Shown here: piece after piece, positions 27,857-37,462 of the stretch
Layout: every line of letters begins with the position of its first letter
How positions within the stretch are numbered: position 1 is the first letter of the stretch
From: a virus
Lineage: Duplodnaviria; Heunggongvirae; Uroviricota; Caudoviricetes
Virus record (IMG/VR): IMGVR_UViG_3300017987_000047
Direction: 5' to 3' (one strand)
DNA length: 64,000 nt
Position numbers and translations under genes: made by a program
Notes under the pieces: generated by a model
The model's database searches: none
The model's input: the letters and a program-made list of their open reading frames with translations, nothing else
Told to the model about the DNA's origin: nothing

Positions 27857-27886
27857 CTTTCGTTGGTCAACTTGGGTCGCTTATAT
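27857..27886 (+). promoter_or_regulatory. Class-A promoter motif
   Basis: CTTTCGTT-N17-TATAT directly after the terminator. Confidence 0.65.
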
Positions 27887-27945
27887 ATTAGGTAGGAAAA
27901 ATGCTTTTTAGGAGTCAAGGCTGAAAGGAAACACAAATAGTTCAC

Positions 27946-28494
27946 ATGAAATATAAAACAAACTATCTCATAAGATTTGAATTCCTACTATTTAACCAAA
28001 ACTTTTATTTTTCTAGGTTTCCGAAACAAAGGGATAAACTAGAAGCCGTTTTAACCTTCTGTAATTATCTATCCGGGGTATGGGATAAAAAAATACTTTC
28101 TTTTAATCTTAAGGACTCCAACTTAGAATCTTTTCTTAGCACCCCCACGGTTGGAGCTGGGAAAGTTTACCTAAGACGGCTAGTGCCACCTTTTTATAAT
28201 TATTCTACCAAGATTTCTTGGTCGTTAGAGCTTCGACAAGTTAGCACCGACTCTAGGAACCTTAATCGCCCAGCTTCCTTAAAAACTTTTTTAACCGTTG
28301 GGTCCGCTGAGCTGCGAAAACTTGTTAAATCTTGTATAAGGGGGACGACGATGAAATGTAAAGAGAACCCAAACCAAAGTTATTGGAATCTTCGGTTTAC
28401 CCAAACGAAGCCAAGAGAACAAGGTTGGGGTAAGGATAAGAAAAGTTGGGCGGCAGCCCCTATCCGTAAAAAGGTAAAAAACTTATGTACTTAA
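27946..28494 (+). CDS. LT-box protein
   Basis: FLTVGSAELRKLVK. Confidence 0.7.
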   Translation: MKYKTNYLIRFEFLLFNQNFYFSRFPKQRDKLEAVLTFCNYLSGVWDKKILSFNLKDSNLESFLSTPTVGAGKVYLRRLVPPFYNYSTKISWSLELRQVSTDSRNLNRPASLKTFLTVGSAELRKLVKSCIRGTTMKCKENPNQSYWNLRFTQTKPREQGWGKDKKSWAAAPIRKKVKNLCT

Positions 28495-28519
28495 ACACCT
28501 GTTAGAAAGGGGATAGAAA

Positions 28520-28786
28520 ATGGATCTTATTGAAGCGGTACGTTGGGCATGGGAGCATGATATTTTTCCTTTAGTGAATCGGGATCAAATGTTTGGCGAA
28601 GTTGAAGGTACTGGCAACTGCAGTATCGCTGTTAAAGTGGTGGGGTGCTCTACTGAAAACGCACATGATAAATTCGTTGAGTTTGTGCAGGAAGCCAAAC
28701 GGAGATGGGAAGAACACGAACTTCGTTACGGCAATAAACCCACACGACATCTTGTTATTGGCGACGATTTCAAGATCGGGGATTAA
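28520..28786 (+). CDS. Hypothetical protein
   Basis: AAGGGG SD. Confidence 0.7.
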   Translation: MDLIEAVRWAWEHDIFPLVNRDQMFGEVEGTGNCSIAVKVVGCSTENAHDKFVEFVQEAKRRWEEHELRYGNKPTRHLVIGDDFKIGD

Positions 28787-28797
28787 ACCAGCTTGCA

Positions 28798-29355
28798 ATG
28801 AATAAGCATCTCTCAAAATACTTAACAGCGGATAATCCTCTTTTAAGAAACTGGGTTAGGGAGAGAATTCATAGGACTGACCAGAGATACGAAGTTATCG
28901 AAGATGTTATTCATTATATTCCTAAAGAGAATCAGTATGTTTGGGGATGGGTGGATATTCAATTTTTTCGGGTTAGAGAAGAAAAAAAGCAAAAAGTTAT
29001 CTATTGTGATTTCTTGAAATGTAATAATTGTCTTTTAGCTTCTCTTCCGGCTCTTCCGGTTTGTAGGAAATTGCACTGTGATAGTAACCGGCTAACTTCC
29101 CTCCCGGAGCTTCCTGTTTGTGAGATTTTAATCTGCGACTACAACCAATTAACTCTCCTTCCGGCTCTTCCGGCTTGTAGTATTTTGCAATGTGATAGTA
29201 ACCGGCTAACTTCCCTCCCGGAGCTTCCTGTTTGTGTAGAGTTGCATTGCACGGGCAATAAATTAATGAAACTTCCAAAACTTCCCTCGATTAACGAAGA
29301 TCTCTTGTTCTATGGGAATAACCCTGGTTATGGTACTCCGGGGTTTTACAAATGA
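28798..29355 (+). CDS. Leucine-rich repeat protein with an N-terminal LT-box
   Basis: YLTADNPLLRNWVR; 20-aa LRRs LxCxxNxLxxLPxLP; 120-nt internal duplication. Confidence 0.85.
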   Translation: MNKHLSKYLTADNPLLRNWVRERIHRTDQRYEVIEDVIHYIPKENQYVWGWVDIQFFRVREEKKQKVIYCDFLKCNNCLLASLPALPVCRKLHCDSNRLTSLPELPVCEILICDYNQLTLLPALPACSILQCDSNRLTSLPELPVCVELHCTGNKLMKLPKLPSINEDLLFYGNNPGYGTPGFYK

Positions 29356-29780
29356 GCCGACATCTTTCTCTAGAAGCATTTTCTTCCTTCAACTATGGGG
29401 ATTTACTTGTTCTTAAGGGGGAATTGTCCTGGTATCCCCCGAGCATGGATTTTAAGAACATTGAAACGGAGTTGGTTTTCTTTTATTCTTCAAGTACTAA
29501 TATTAAGATAGGTAGTTACCCCACAATTTTCGTTCGTCCTTTCTATCCGCAGCAGAAACATCCGAAACATCCGGATTTAAGGTTATCTGGTTTTGCTAGT
29601 AGGCATTATTCCATAGATATGCTTTCAGAGGTGGAGCTATATGATTTTGATAGGCATCTAGAGGCTAACCAAAGCCTTAAAACCCTTCTCACACAAAATT
29701 TTAAGGAATACCTAACTCACAAACACTTTGATATCCGGAAGTTAGCAAAAAGATACGCAAAGCACGTCTCAACCACTTAA
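29352..29780 (+). CDS. LT-box protein
   Basis: YLTHKHFDIRKLAK. Confidence 0.8.
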   Translation: MSRHLSLEAFSSFNYGDLLVLKGELSWYPPSMDFKNIETELVFFYSSSTNIKIGSYPTIFVRPFYPQQKHPKHPDLRLSGFASRHYSIDMLSEVELYDFDRHLEANQSLKTLLTQNFKEYLTHKHFDIRKLAKRYAKHVSTT

Positions 29781-29791
29781 AGGAATTTAAC

Positions 29792-30442
29792 ATGAAACCG
29801 GAATACATCAAGCAAGCAAGGGAAAAGTTTGAGTTGGACCTCGAAAGCATTGAAGATTGGGAAGAGCGGCATAACGACTCTCCAGAAATCTTGAAATTTT
29901 ACAATGAAATTTTGAAATATTACTTTTGGGAGATAGATCATCCGGATGACCATGAAAGTATTGGTGCTCACATGAACACCAGTATTTATAGTCTACTTAA
30001 GAAAGCCGTTGGCCCTCGCTCTTACGAGGACCCGGCAGACTTTATTCTAGGGCTACAATCTTTTTTATCGAATTGCGTCCTGGACGACTCGTATTATAAA
30101 ATCTCTTACGAGCGTTACTATGATACTTCTAGCGAAGAATTTCGTATGCAATATCGGAAGCAATGGCTTCGCATGTTCTTTTTCAGACTTTTCGTCGCCC
30201 GTAAGCGTAAACGGCTTTGGCGTAAACATGGACCATTTATTCCATGTAAGAAAAAGGATTCTGGCGCACATCCTATCCTTGTATGGTCGCATGACATGGA
30301 CCCTGACGCTCGCAATGATATAGAAGGGTTATGGGAAGCATTTAACTTCTATATCGAAAAAGAAGCAAAGGGGGTAGAAATACATAAAACTATCAGAGAA
30401 GAAGTAACGAAAATACGGGAGGCTAAGGATGAGAATAGATAG
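29792..30442 (+). CDS. Hypothetical protein (paralog of 43761)
   Basis: Shared WEE..FY.E..QxFxSNxxLxxSYxKI. Confidence 0.75.
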   Translation: MKPEYIKQAREKFELDLESIEDWEERHNDSPEILKFYNEILKYYFWEIDHPDDHESIGAHMNTSIYSLLKKAVGPRSYEDPADFILGLQSFLSNCVLDDSYYKISYERYYDTSSEEFRMQYRKQWLRMFFFRLFVARKRKRLWRKHGPFIPCKKKDSGAHPILVWSHDMDPDARNDIEGLWEAFNFYIEKEAKGVEIHKTIREEVTKIREAKDENR

Positions 30443-30803
30443 AGAAAAGCTGAGGGAAAGGCTTCGTAAACACGATCGAACGATCTTTTTCGTTAAATAC
30501 GACTATCTCCTCGAACATCATTACTACCTCATAAGGAAGGAAAGCATCTATATACTTTGGGCTGGTTGCGATATCTTCGATGACCTTAATAGGAATCACC
30601 TTGGCTCTATTTTCCAGGAAGAACTAATAACTGGACTTGAAAAAGCAAGGTCTTCGGGTTCTTGGGAAGCCCCTAAGGACCCTAGCTATTCACACAGTAT
30701 TGAAAAACTAGAAATTCTAGATCCCAGGGCATGTCTCACAAATAAAAGCAAGGCTGTGCGTAAGGCTGCAAAATATTGCTTAGGAGAAAAAAATTATGAT
30801 TGA
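30429..30803 (+). CDS. LT-box protein
   Basis: CLTNKSKAVRKAAK. Confidence 0.8.
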   Translation: MRIDREKLRERLRKHDRTIFFVKYDYLLEHHYYLIRKESIYILWAGCDIFDDLNRNHLGSIFQEELITGLEKARSSGSWEAPKDPSYSHSIEKLEILDPRACLTNKSKAVRKAAKYCLGEKNYD

Positions 30804-31029
30804 GTTAGATGCATTGAAATGCCCAGTTTGTGGATCAAAATTTATTACCACCGCTTTGGGGGAGCCCGCAACCCCAAGTTTCGAACAAACTACATGGTCT
30901 CCTTTTCCCAAAGAGCCGGAGGCGTGCATTAAAGTTGAAAGGTTAAAAAAGCCGGCCGAGCTTCGTCCAAGTTTTGCTTGTACTTGTCAAAATTGCGCCT
31001 ATTCAGCAAGAGTCAAAGATTTTTCATAG
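30796..31029 (+). CDS. Zinc-ribbon protein
   Basis: CPVCG...CQNC. Confidence 0.65.
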   Translation: MIELDALKCPVCGSKFITTALGEPATPSFEQTTWSPFPKEPEACIKVERLKKPAELRPSFACTCQNCAYSARVKDFS

Positions 31030-31040
31030 GGGACTTTGTT

Positions 31041-31469
31041 ATGCCATCTGTAAAGACACATTCTTTTATCCAATTTACCCCGATCCAGGTGGAGGGGTTT
31101 AATTGCGCTTGCGGTCCTGTTCCCCAACCTAAAGACTTGCCCAAAGAAGTTTCAGATAATGTTTTAAGGGTTATAAATGAAGAAGTGGCTGCCTTTATGG
31201 AGTGGTCGGGAGTTGAGCGGGAGGAAATCGCGATGGATATGTTCGCGGGGCTTCCTACAGTTTTTCTTTTTTTAGCTACTCGCCAAGACATTATTTCTTC
31301 TGAGAAAGATCAAGAAACTATCGGAAACATGATAAACGAGCTTTCCTATTGTGCTAAAATGGGGGATACCGGAACTCGCCTAGCCTTTAAGGGAGATATT
31401 GAAAAACAATCCTTTAAGTCTCGGTGTCGCTGGGAGGTCCCCCTTAACGAAAGCATCTCAAAAGACTAA
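31041..31469 (+). CDS. Hypothetical protein
   Basis: AGGGG SD before ATG 31041. Confidence 0.7.
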   Translation: MPSVKTHSFIQFTPIQVEGFNCACGPVPQPKDLPKEVSDNVLRVINEEVAAFMEWSGVEREEIAMDMFAGLPTVFLFLATRQDIISSEKDQETIGNMINELSYCAKMGDTGTRLAFKGDIEKQSFKSRCRWEVPLNESISKD

Positions 31470-31473
31470 ATTT

Positions 31474-31503
31474 CTTTCGTTAATCAAAGGTATTTCAAAA
31501 TAT
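31474..31503 (+). promoter_or_regulatory. Class-A promoter motif
   Basis: CTTTCGTT-N17-AATAT. Confidence 0.6.
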
Positions 31504-31559
31504 AAAGGGGGTAGGCAAACGCCTGCTGTGCTTATTTGCTAATCCTAGAGGAAAGAGGC

Positions 31560-31754
31560 ATGACAAAAAAAGAACAGGCAAGATTAACAAAACTTTTTAA
31601 GGTTGAAGTAGTTGATCTCGGGGGTGAAGTCGACCCTGACGATGAAGAGGATTGGAAGTCCCTTACGTTAGGGTGGGTACTAGCCAAGGGAGTATCTCCA
31701 GCTGAAGCTCGAGACTTTGCTTCATATATCCGGTACGAAACTGATTTAGGCTAA
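31560..31754 (+). CDS. Hypothetical protein
   Basis: SD before ATG 31560. Confidence 0.65.
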   Translation: MTKKEQARLTKLFKVEVVDLGGEVDPDDEEDWKSLTLGWVLAKGVSPAEARDFASYIRYETDLG

Positions 31755-31821
31755 GATAAAAAGGGAAAAACGGACGGATATCTTGAAGACTTCGACGAAA
31801 ATATGACTTAAGGAGAAAAAG

Positions 31822-32142
31822 ATGGACGGTTATCTTGGATCAACAGTTGTCACAGATCTCACTGGCACCCCATACGAGGGGTATACAACAAAGGATTGGG
31901 CCGTAGAATATATTCAATATTACGGACAATATGATGGAGGACATCACCGCTTGTGGGTGCTCGACCAAGTCATGCGTATTTTGAAGGGCACTCCCGTTAT
32001 AGTAGAACTAAAAAAATGGGAAAATGGCCATGAGGAATATTGGTTTAATACTGCCGAGGAACCTAGCCAAGAGTACCTTGATTTCGTGAAAGAATTCGAA
32101 GGGAATGATGAATTTTTCTGGGGTACCGGTATTGCTCCGTAA
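31822..32142 (+). CDS. Phage hypothetical protein
   Basis: YGQYDGGHHxxWVLDQ..GIAP; AAGGAG SD. Confidence 0.75.
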   Translation: MDGYLGSTVVTDLTGTPYEGYTTKDWAVEYIQYYGQYDGGHHRLWVLDQVMRILKGTPVIVELKKWENGHEEYWFNTAEEPSQEYLDFVKEFEGNDEFFWGTGIAP

Positions 32143-32203
32143 AGCGGGGCTTTGAAGGAAATAAAAGTTTGGGAAAAGGAACAGGACCCGCCAGGGTGGA
32201 AAA

Positions 32204-32605
32204 ATGAAAATGCTTAACCAAGAAATACAAAATAAGTTTGACATGTTAAGCTTTTGGGGGGAAGAAGTTGTAAATCCTCTTATTTCTGCTCGGAGGTTGC
32301 CGCCACAACTTCTAACCCCAGATGCGAGGACAAAACATAAATTTGATTACAATAAGAAGGACAAGAAACTTATCTGTCATACTTATCGAACTCATATGTA
32401 TGATGACGGATCAGATACAATGCCAAACTCTTATGAAGAGTGGGTCTATATAACAACTAATGAAGTTGTTTTAACTGATAGCTTCGTTGTTATACATAAG
32501 AAAATCCTAAAGCAAATACATTCTGAATACGTAAATGACGATCGTGTAGTTAACTTGGGGTGTTTCTTTTTGCTTCTTCTTGCCATTTTCGTAGTTATGC
32601 TCTAA
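32204..32605 (+). CDS. Hypothetical protein with a C-terminal TM helix
   Basis: Hydrophobic tail. Confidence 0.7.
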   Translation: MKMLNQEIQNKFDMLSFWGEEVVNPLISARRLPPQLLTPDARTKHKFDYNKKDKKLICHTYRTHMYDDGSDTMPNSYEEWVYITTNEVVLTDSFVVIHKKILKQIHSEYVNDDRVVNLGCFFLLLLAIFVVML

Positions 32606-32961
32606 TGGCGTTTACAAACATTACCGTTATTGAGAATAAAATTCGTATCCAATCGGGATTTCGTATTCTCTTCCTTTATAAAGTATCCCAAACGAAAATA
32701 AGGTCGTTTTTCATTAAGAGCGAAGTTCCGATACAGGGTTGGGGTTTTTTAGAGGTTCATTCTGGAATCTCCCGGCTCCTAACTTGCCCTTCATTTAAGG
32801 TCCGGCAGCTTGCAAAAAAGATAAATGAAAGGGGCTTTGGGTATTTTGACGCCTGGTGGGATCTAAGATTTGAGTTAGGCCCGCAACACTATACTCGATT
32901 TGGGGCGGGTGGGACTGATCTTTGGTACTCAAAGGCCCAACCGGAGAAAGGTTATGCTTAG
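32605..32961 (+). CDS. LT-box protein; paralog of 26255
   Basis: MAFTNITVIENKIRIQSGFRIL; LLTCPSFKVRQLAK. Confidence 0.8.
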   Translation: MAFTNITVIENKIRIQSGFRILFLYKVSQTKIRSFFIKSEVPIQGWGFLEVHSGISRLLTCPSFKVRQLAKKINERGFGYFDAWWDLRFELGPQHYTRFGAGGTDLWYSKAQPEKGYA

Positions 32962-33541
32962 ATTACGCGACGCCAGAAGAGTGGCAGAACAGGTAGCGAA
33001 AAGAATCTCTGATAGGTACTTTAGGAATTTTCTTCTAAGGAGATACCCTTTATTCTTTAGCAGACAGGATCCCGATGAGATCATCCAATCTATGTTTTTT
33101 CATCTCATGAAACCCAAAGTCAACCCCAAGACCGGAAAAGTTTTGCCTTTATTCGGTTTTCGGCGGTATAAGAAAATCTCTAAAGTTGAATCTTGGTTTA
33201 TTGGTTGCCTAAAATGGGAAGTTCGGCATACGATTGAAAAATCAAAGCGTCAAAAAGCTAGGCAGGTGGTAAGCAATGTGCTTTTGGACCAAAATATCTC
33301 TTTCGATATCTTAACAGAACAACAACTTAAAATTCTGATTGCTGATTTTAGGAAACAGGTTAAGCTTGGAAAAGAAGAGAAAAGAGCTTTAGATTTCTAT
33401 CTCAAAGACCCAAACAAATCACCTGACTTCCCCAGAATAAATTTATGGCGGGGAAGGAAAGGGCTTAAAGAAAAGTTACTACGGTTTGTTCGCCAAAATT
33501 ACCTTTTTGATAATTACGGTTATACCTTAGCAGAAGGATAG
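32954..33541 (+). CDS. ECF-type sigma70-like factor (divergent)
   Basis: Region 2-like DPDEIIQSMFFHL..VESWFIGCLKWEVRHTIEKSKR; region 4-like LGKEEKRAL..LWRGRKGLKEKL. Confidence 0.5.
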   Translation: MLRLRDARRVAEQVAKRISDRYFRNFLLRRYPLFFSRQDPDEIIQSMFFHLMKPKVNPKTGKVLPLFGFRRYKKISKVESWFIGCLKWEVRHTIEKSKRQKARQVVSNVLLDQNISFDILTEQQLKILIADFRKQVKLGKEEKRALDFYLKDPNKSPDFPRINLWRGRKGLKEKLLRFVRQNYLFDNYGYTLAEG

Positions 33542-33549
33542 AAAGAAAC

Positions 33550-33813
33550 ATGAAATTTAGATGGTGGCCATTACGGAAGAAAAAGCAAGACCTTAAAGAA
33601 ATTGTTGAAAAACAAGATCTGCCAAACTGCTCAAGGTGCAATGATAAGAAATACGTGCCGCTAAAAGAAGGGTGGTATTGGGCTCGTCTATTCCTTTCCC
33701 CCATAGAGGGGTGTGAGAGACAAATAATGGGAGGGTTTCCAAAGGGGCCATGCCCTGCCTGTAAGCCGGACGAGGCGAAGCTTTATGGGACTGAGAAATT
33801 CGTAAAAGATTAA
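33550..33813 (+). CDS. Small zinc-binding protein
   Basis: CSRC..CPAC. Confidence 0.65.
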   Translation: MKFRWWPLRKKKQDLKEIVEKQDLPNCSRCNDKKYVPLKEGWYWARLFLSPIEGCERQIMGGFPKGPCPACKPDEAKLYGTEKFVKD

Positions 33814-33823
33814 AGGATTAACT

Positions 33824-34084
33824 ATGCCTAGAGAATACTCATTACAAGACCTTGCTTGGCTCAGTCGCTGTCTCTTCTGTGACGACTTTGAGGCGGAGTT
33901 ACTCGCTATGGGAGTTTCTCCCGAAGATGCTCGGATGTTGTGGATGCACTTAGCTGCGAACAAGAGGGACAACATCCTCAACATTTATCAAGCCTTTCTT
34001 GGGGCTCCTAGTATCGTTAAGATCCTTGATCAATACTGTTACCAATGGATACAGAAACAGAAGAAGAAGGGTAAGGTAGACTAA
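33824..34084 (+). CDS. Hypothetical protein
   Basis: Coupled ORF. Confidence 0.7.
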   Translation: MPREYSLQDLAWLSRCLFCDDFEAELLAMGVSPEDARMLWMHLAANKRDNILNIYQAFLGAPSIVKILDQYCYQWIQKQKKKGKVD

Positions 34085-34356
34085 TGTTTGGGTCCCGCAA
34101 AAGAAGCGCAATTCGGTATGCAAAGCAAACCTTTTTTCGGTTAGCAGAGCTACAAATCTTAAGCGTCGGCCGCTTAGATACCGCTCAATTAATGTCGTTA
34201 ATAGATGCTGTAGCTGCAGCAAGAATGACCTTGGAGACATTAACTAAAAAGGAATTCGATATAAATGAACTACTAAAGGAACTAGGCCCTCTAGTTCGAG
34301 CGAAAGACGAGATGGGGATAAAACGATTTCATGAGAAATTCGTTGGAAAGTTTTAA
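34084..34356 (+). CDS. Hypothetical protein
   Basis: TAATG overlap. Confidence 0.7.
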   Translation: MFGSRKRSAIRYAKQTFFRLAELQILSVGRLDTAQLMSLIDAVAAARMTLETLTKKEFDINELLKELGPLVRAKDEMGIKRFHEKFVGKF

Positions 34357-34803
34357 ATGCTACCTTCTAAAGGGCTAGAGGAATCCCATAATATTTTTGA
34401 ATGCCTCTTATCCCCGGCAGAGCAAAAACAAGTAATGTCCCAAAAAGGAAAGCTGACGGGGCTTCATCCAACATATATGGAGAAAGGTTGGGTTTCCCAC
34501 GGTTTTCTTTTCGGAATGTCCTGGAGAAAGAGTTTGGCCTCCGCCTTGGCCTTTGACGAAAAACATTTTCTTTTCCTAGCCTGGGGCCCCTTAGCACTAG
34601 ACCCAACAAGGTTTAAACTAACGATCGAGACCCGGAGTTCTTTGATCCACGAAGAATATGTTGTTGATAAAAAGGACATATTAGACCACGCTAAAAAAAT
34701 CGGTCTGAATAAAGCAACGTTTGCTTCTTTTCTCACCGGCAAAGATCCCCTAGCGCGGCATCTCGTTAAAAAATATTGCATTCCTCTTTTTGATTTAATA
34801 TGA
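34357..34803 (+). CDS. LT-box protein
   Basis: FLTGKDPLARHLVK. Confidence 0.8.
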   Translation: MLPSKGLEESHNIFECLLSPAEQKQVMSQKGKLTGLHPTYMEKGWVSHGFLFGMSWRKSLASALAFDEKHFLFLAWGPLALDPTRFKLTIETRSSLIHEEYVVDKKDILDHAKKIGLNKATFASFLTGKDPLARHLVKKYCIPLFDLI

Positions 34804-35120
34804 AATATACTTTCTTCAAAATAGTGAAGGAAATCCCTCGGGCATTAGCATCACAACCTTTTTCTGGTTCCCCTCTTATGGCTGTTCGGGTTACCGAAGA
34901 CAGCGTTCTAATTTTAGATAGAGTATTAGTTTGGAATAAGACGCCGTATGGCCCAGGCTATACGTGGAATACCTTAGATAATAAGTTGATTATCAAACCC
35001 CATTGGGAGGAAGTTCCCTTAGAGGCTTTTCTAACTTCTCGGCATTCTAGAGTAAGGGCCGTAGCGAAAAAAGCGTTTGAAGTTGGATTCGACTCTGTTT
35101 TTCTCCCCCTGGAGTTCTAA
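34800..35120 (+). CDS. LT-box protein
   Basis: FLTSRHSRVRAVAK. Confidence 0.8.
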   Translation: MKYTFFKIVKEIPRALASQPFSGSPLMAVRVTEDSVLILDRVLVWNKTPYGPGYTWNTLDNKLIIKPHWEEVPLEAFLTSRHSRVRAVAKKAFEVGFDSVFLPLEF

Positions 35121-35238
35121 CACCTTTCTTCCCAAGAAGAAAAAAATCGTAAAAAAGAATTGGAGAGGTGTGGGCCTAATTATGGCAAGTAGAAATAGTC
35201 GGCTGAAAGTTCTAAACCCTGTGAATTGGAGACTTGAG

Positions 35239-35640
35239 ATGAATACCAATAAACCACGCCTCGTTAAATTAGCCACTGGATCAACTGAATCGAGAGTTGA
35301 TCCAGCGTACGAAGTTGTAATTGAAGTTTTGACAAAGCGAGGTGGGCCAAGAGGTGGCTTTGGCGGGGACGAGCTAGCGGAAATTCGCAAATTCCTTGAC
35401 AGGTCGGGTATCCGGTATGGGTCAAAGCGCATGCCTAGCCATAATGGTCATATTCTCCTTGTCTGGGCGGGCAACGAGGAGGATATTCGCCGTCTGGTAA
35501 ATTTGGTGGATACTAATCCGAAGGCGAGGGAAAAATGGAGCGTGTCGACCGAGATAGGGAAAACGTCCCCTGAAAATGTTAAAGGGTATCAGGACAGAGA
35601 CGACGAATGGGAAGATGCGTCGAAGTATAACAAATTTTAA
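35239..35640 (+). CDS. Hypothetical protein
   Basis: GGAG SD before ATG 35239; start uncertain. Confidence 0.6.
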   Translation: MNTNKPRLVKLATGSTESRVDPAYEVVIEVLTKRGGPRGGFGGDELAEIRKFLDRSGIRYGSKRMPSHNGHILLVWAGNEEDIRRLVNLVDTNPKAREKWSVSTEIGKTSPENVKGYQDRDDEWEDASKYNKF

Positions 35641-35656
35641 GGAATTAAGGAACAGA

Positions 35657-36520
35657 ATGAAACTTAAAAGAATCGTAAAGTCTAAAGAAGATAGCACAAA
35701 GAAGTATATCTTTTATACTGATGATAATTTAATCATTGAATTTTCTTACATTAATAAAGATGATGGGAAGGATATTATTTGTGTTCCTTCCCAAACTATG
35801 TGTAATATTGGCTGTAAGTTTTGCCATACTACCGATTATATCGGAAAAATAAAGACGCGAAATCTTACCGAAAAAGAAATCGCTGATGGGGTCGCTTATG
35901 TTTATTCTGATTTAGAATTAGCTAAGACCCCAAGAACTTTATTGATCTCTTATATGGGGTGTGGCGAGCCAATCTTAAATAACGATGGTGTAGTTGGCTC
36001 TATGCAATTAATCAAAAATAGCTATGAGGTCTACACTCGATTCGCCGTAGCGACTTCACTACCTAAAAACCATTACCCCGAATTCTTTGAATTTACTAAA
36101 AGAATTGGGAAGCTTCCTGTAAAACTACACCTCTCTTTGCATTATACTAACGACTTCCAACGTAAGGAGTGGATGCCCAGAGCTTTAGAGATTAAACCCT
36201 CAATATTAGCCGCTTATTTTTTCCGGATGCAATCAGGAAATCCTGTAGAGATTCATTATGCTCTCTTAGAAGGGGTTAACGACTCTGAAGAAGATGCCCA
36301 AGCTCTAGCTATTCTGCTGAAAGATAAGGATTTTAATGTGAAGTTCCTCTTCTATAATGAAAAGGATTCCCTTGTTAATAAACCATCCCCGAGGGTGAGG
36401 CTTAAGTCCTTTAGGAAAGCTTTAGATGAAATTGAAGTCGAGCATGAATATTACATCCCCCCAGGACTTTCGATTGGGGCTTCCTGTGGTCAATTCTTGA
36501 TGGAAGAATACCTTACGTAA
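35657..36520 (+). CDS. RlmN/Cfr-like radical SAM RNA methyltransferase (short form)
   Basis: CVPSQTMCNIGCKFC, MGCGEP, LSLH, C-terminal ASCGQ. Confidence 0.85.
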   Translation: MKLKRIVKSKEDSTKKYIFYTDDNLIIEFSYINKDDGKDIICVPSQTMCNIGCKFCHTTDYIGKIKTRNLTEKEIADGVAYVYSDLELAKTPRTLLISYMGCGEPILNNDGVVGSMQLIKNSYEVYTRFAVATSLPKNHYPEFFEFTKRIGKLPVKLHLSLHYTNDFQRKEWMPRALEIKPSILAAYFFRMQSGNPVEIHYALLEGVNDSEEDAQALAILLKDKDFNVKFLFYNEKDSLVNKPSPRVRLKSFRKALDEIEVEHEYYIPPGLSIGASCGQFLMEEYLT

Positions 36521-36529
36521 GGAAACAAA

Positions 36530-36793
36530 ATGAATACAGCAACAGCTATCTTTGCCGTTCTAGTCGTCTTAGTCTCCTTTGTTTTTCTTCTCAAAGTTTT
36601 AGAACATTATAAAAGGAAACAAGAAGAGAAGAAAATGGTAGTAATGATTAAAAAACGATTTAGGAACGAACCCTCACGTCAAGTTCTACAAGAATATCTT
36701 GTCTGGATATGCTCTTGGGAACGTTTGACCGAAGATTTCGTAGATTTCTACTTTAAGCGTAAAGCGGTAAAAGAAAATGGAATTTCAAAATAA
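36530..36793 (+). CDS. Small membrane protein
   Basis: N-terminal TM segment. Confidence 0.7.
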   Translation: MNTATAIFAVLVVLVSFVFLLKVLEHYKRKQEEKKMVVMIKKRFRNEPSRQVLQEYLVWICSWERLTEDFVDFYFKRKAVKENGISK

Positions 36794-37124
36794 TATCCGA
36801 AGCCTTTTAACTAAGCTTGAAGAGTGGTTAGGGGATGAAGGGAAAGCTCATTTCCAGGAATACTACGATAAATACCAAACAGTCTCCCCTGTAATAAGCG
36901 GCAAAATCCCTCATCCTGTTCATTTTCGGGAAGGGATGCAAATCCGAAATTACTTGAGAAAACAAAAAGAGTGTGAAGAATGGGATGACCCCACTTTAGA
37001 TGATAGCTGGGTGATTCTCATTGAAGCAGTTGTTCTGGGGCATCATAAAGACCCAGAGGCCTTAACGCACGAAATTCCTTTAATTCGGGCAATTTCCAAA
37101 GCATGGAACCCATGTATAAAATAA
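36777..37124 (+). CDS. LT-box protein
   Basis: ALTHEIPLIRAISK; PHPVHFREGMQIRN. Confidence 0.8.
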   Translation: MEFQNNIRSLLTKLEEWLGDEGKAHFQEYYDKYQTVSPVISGKIPHPVHFREGMQIRNYLRKQKECEEWDDPTLDDSWVILIEAVVLGHHKDPEALTHEIPLIRAISKAWNPCIK

Positions 37125-37462
37125 CCTTTTCGAGAAGAGGAATTGGGGAAGAGCAAGTTTATCTTCTTGAAAATTTTCCATCTCGAAAACAAATTGCGGC
37201 CCTGTTTTTACGGTACTTAAAATTTGCTAGGACAGGATGGCAGACGCTTATCAGCTCCGAATATTCTGCAGACTCTGAACTTTCTGGTGGGTTCTTTTGT
37301 CGTTTTGCTTCTGACGGCGGCATTGCGGCCTGTGAAATTATGTATTGGATTGAATTGGCAAAAGGCGAGAGCCCTAACCTTGAACTGTACCTCACTCACG
37401 AACGGGAAGCTACCCGAAAAGCTGCTAAAATCATTTTAAAAGGATTAACGCCCAAATGTTAA
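37103..37462 (+). CDS. LT-box protein
   Basis: YLTHEREATRKAAK. Confidence 0.8.
   Translation: MEPMYKITFSRRGIGEEQVYLLENFPSRKQIAALFLRYLKFARTGWQTLISSEYSADSELSGGFFCRFASDGGIAACEIMYWIELAKGESPNLELYLTHEREATRKAAKIILKGLTPKC

Noticed and set aside
31760-31840. Duplicated gene start (ACGGACGGATATCTTG versus ATGGACGGTTATCTTG)
   Set aside because: A short decayed duplication with no evidence of function.
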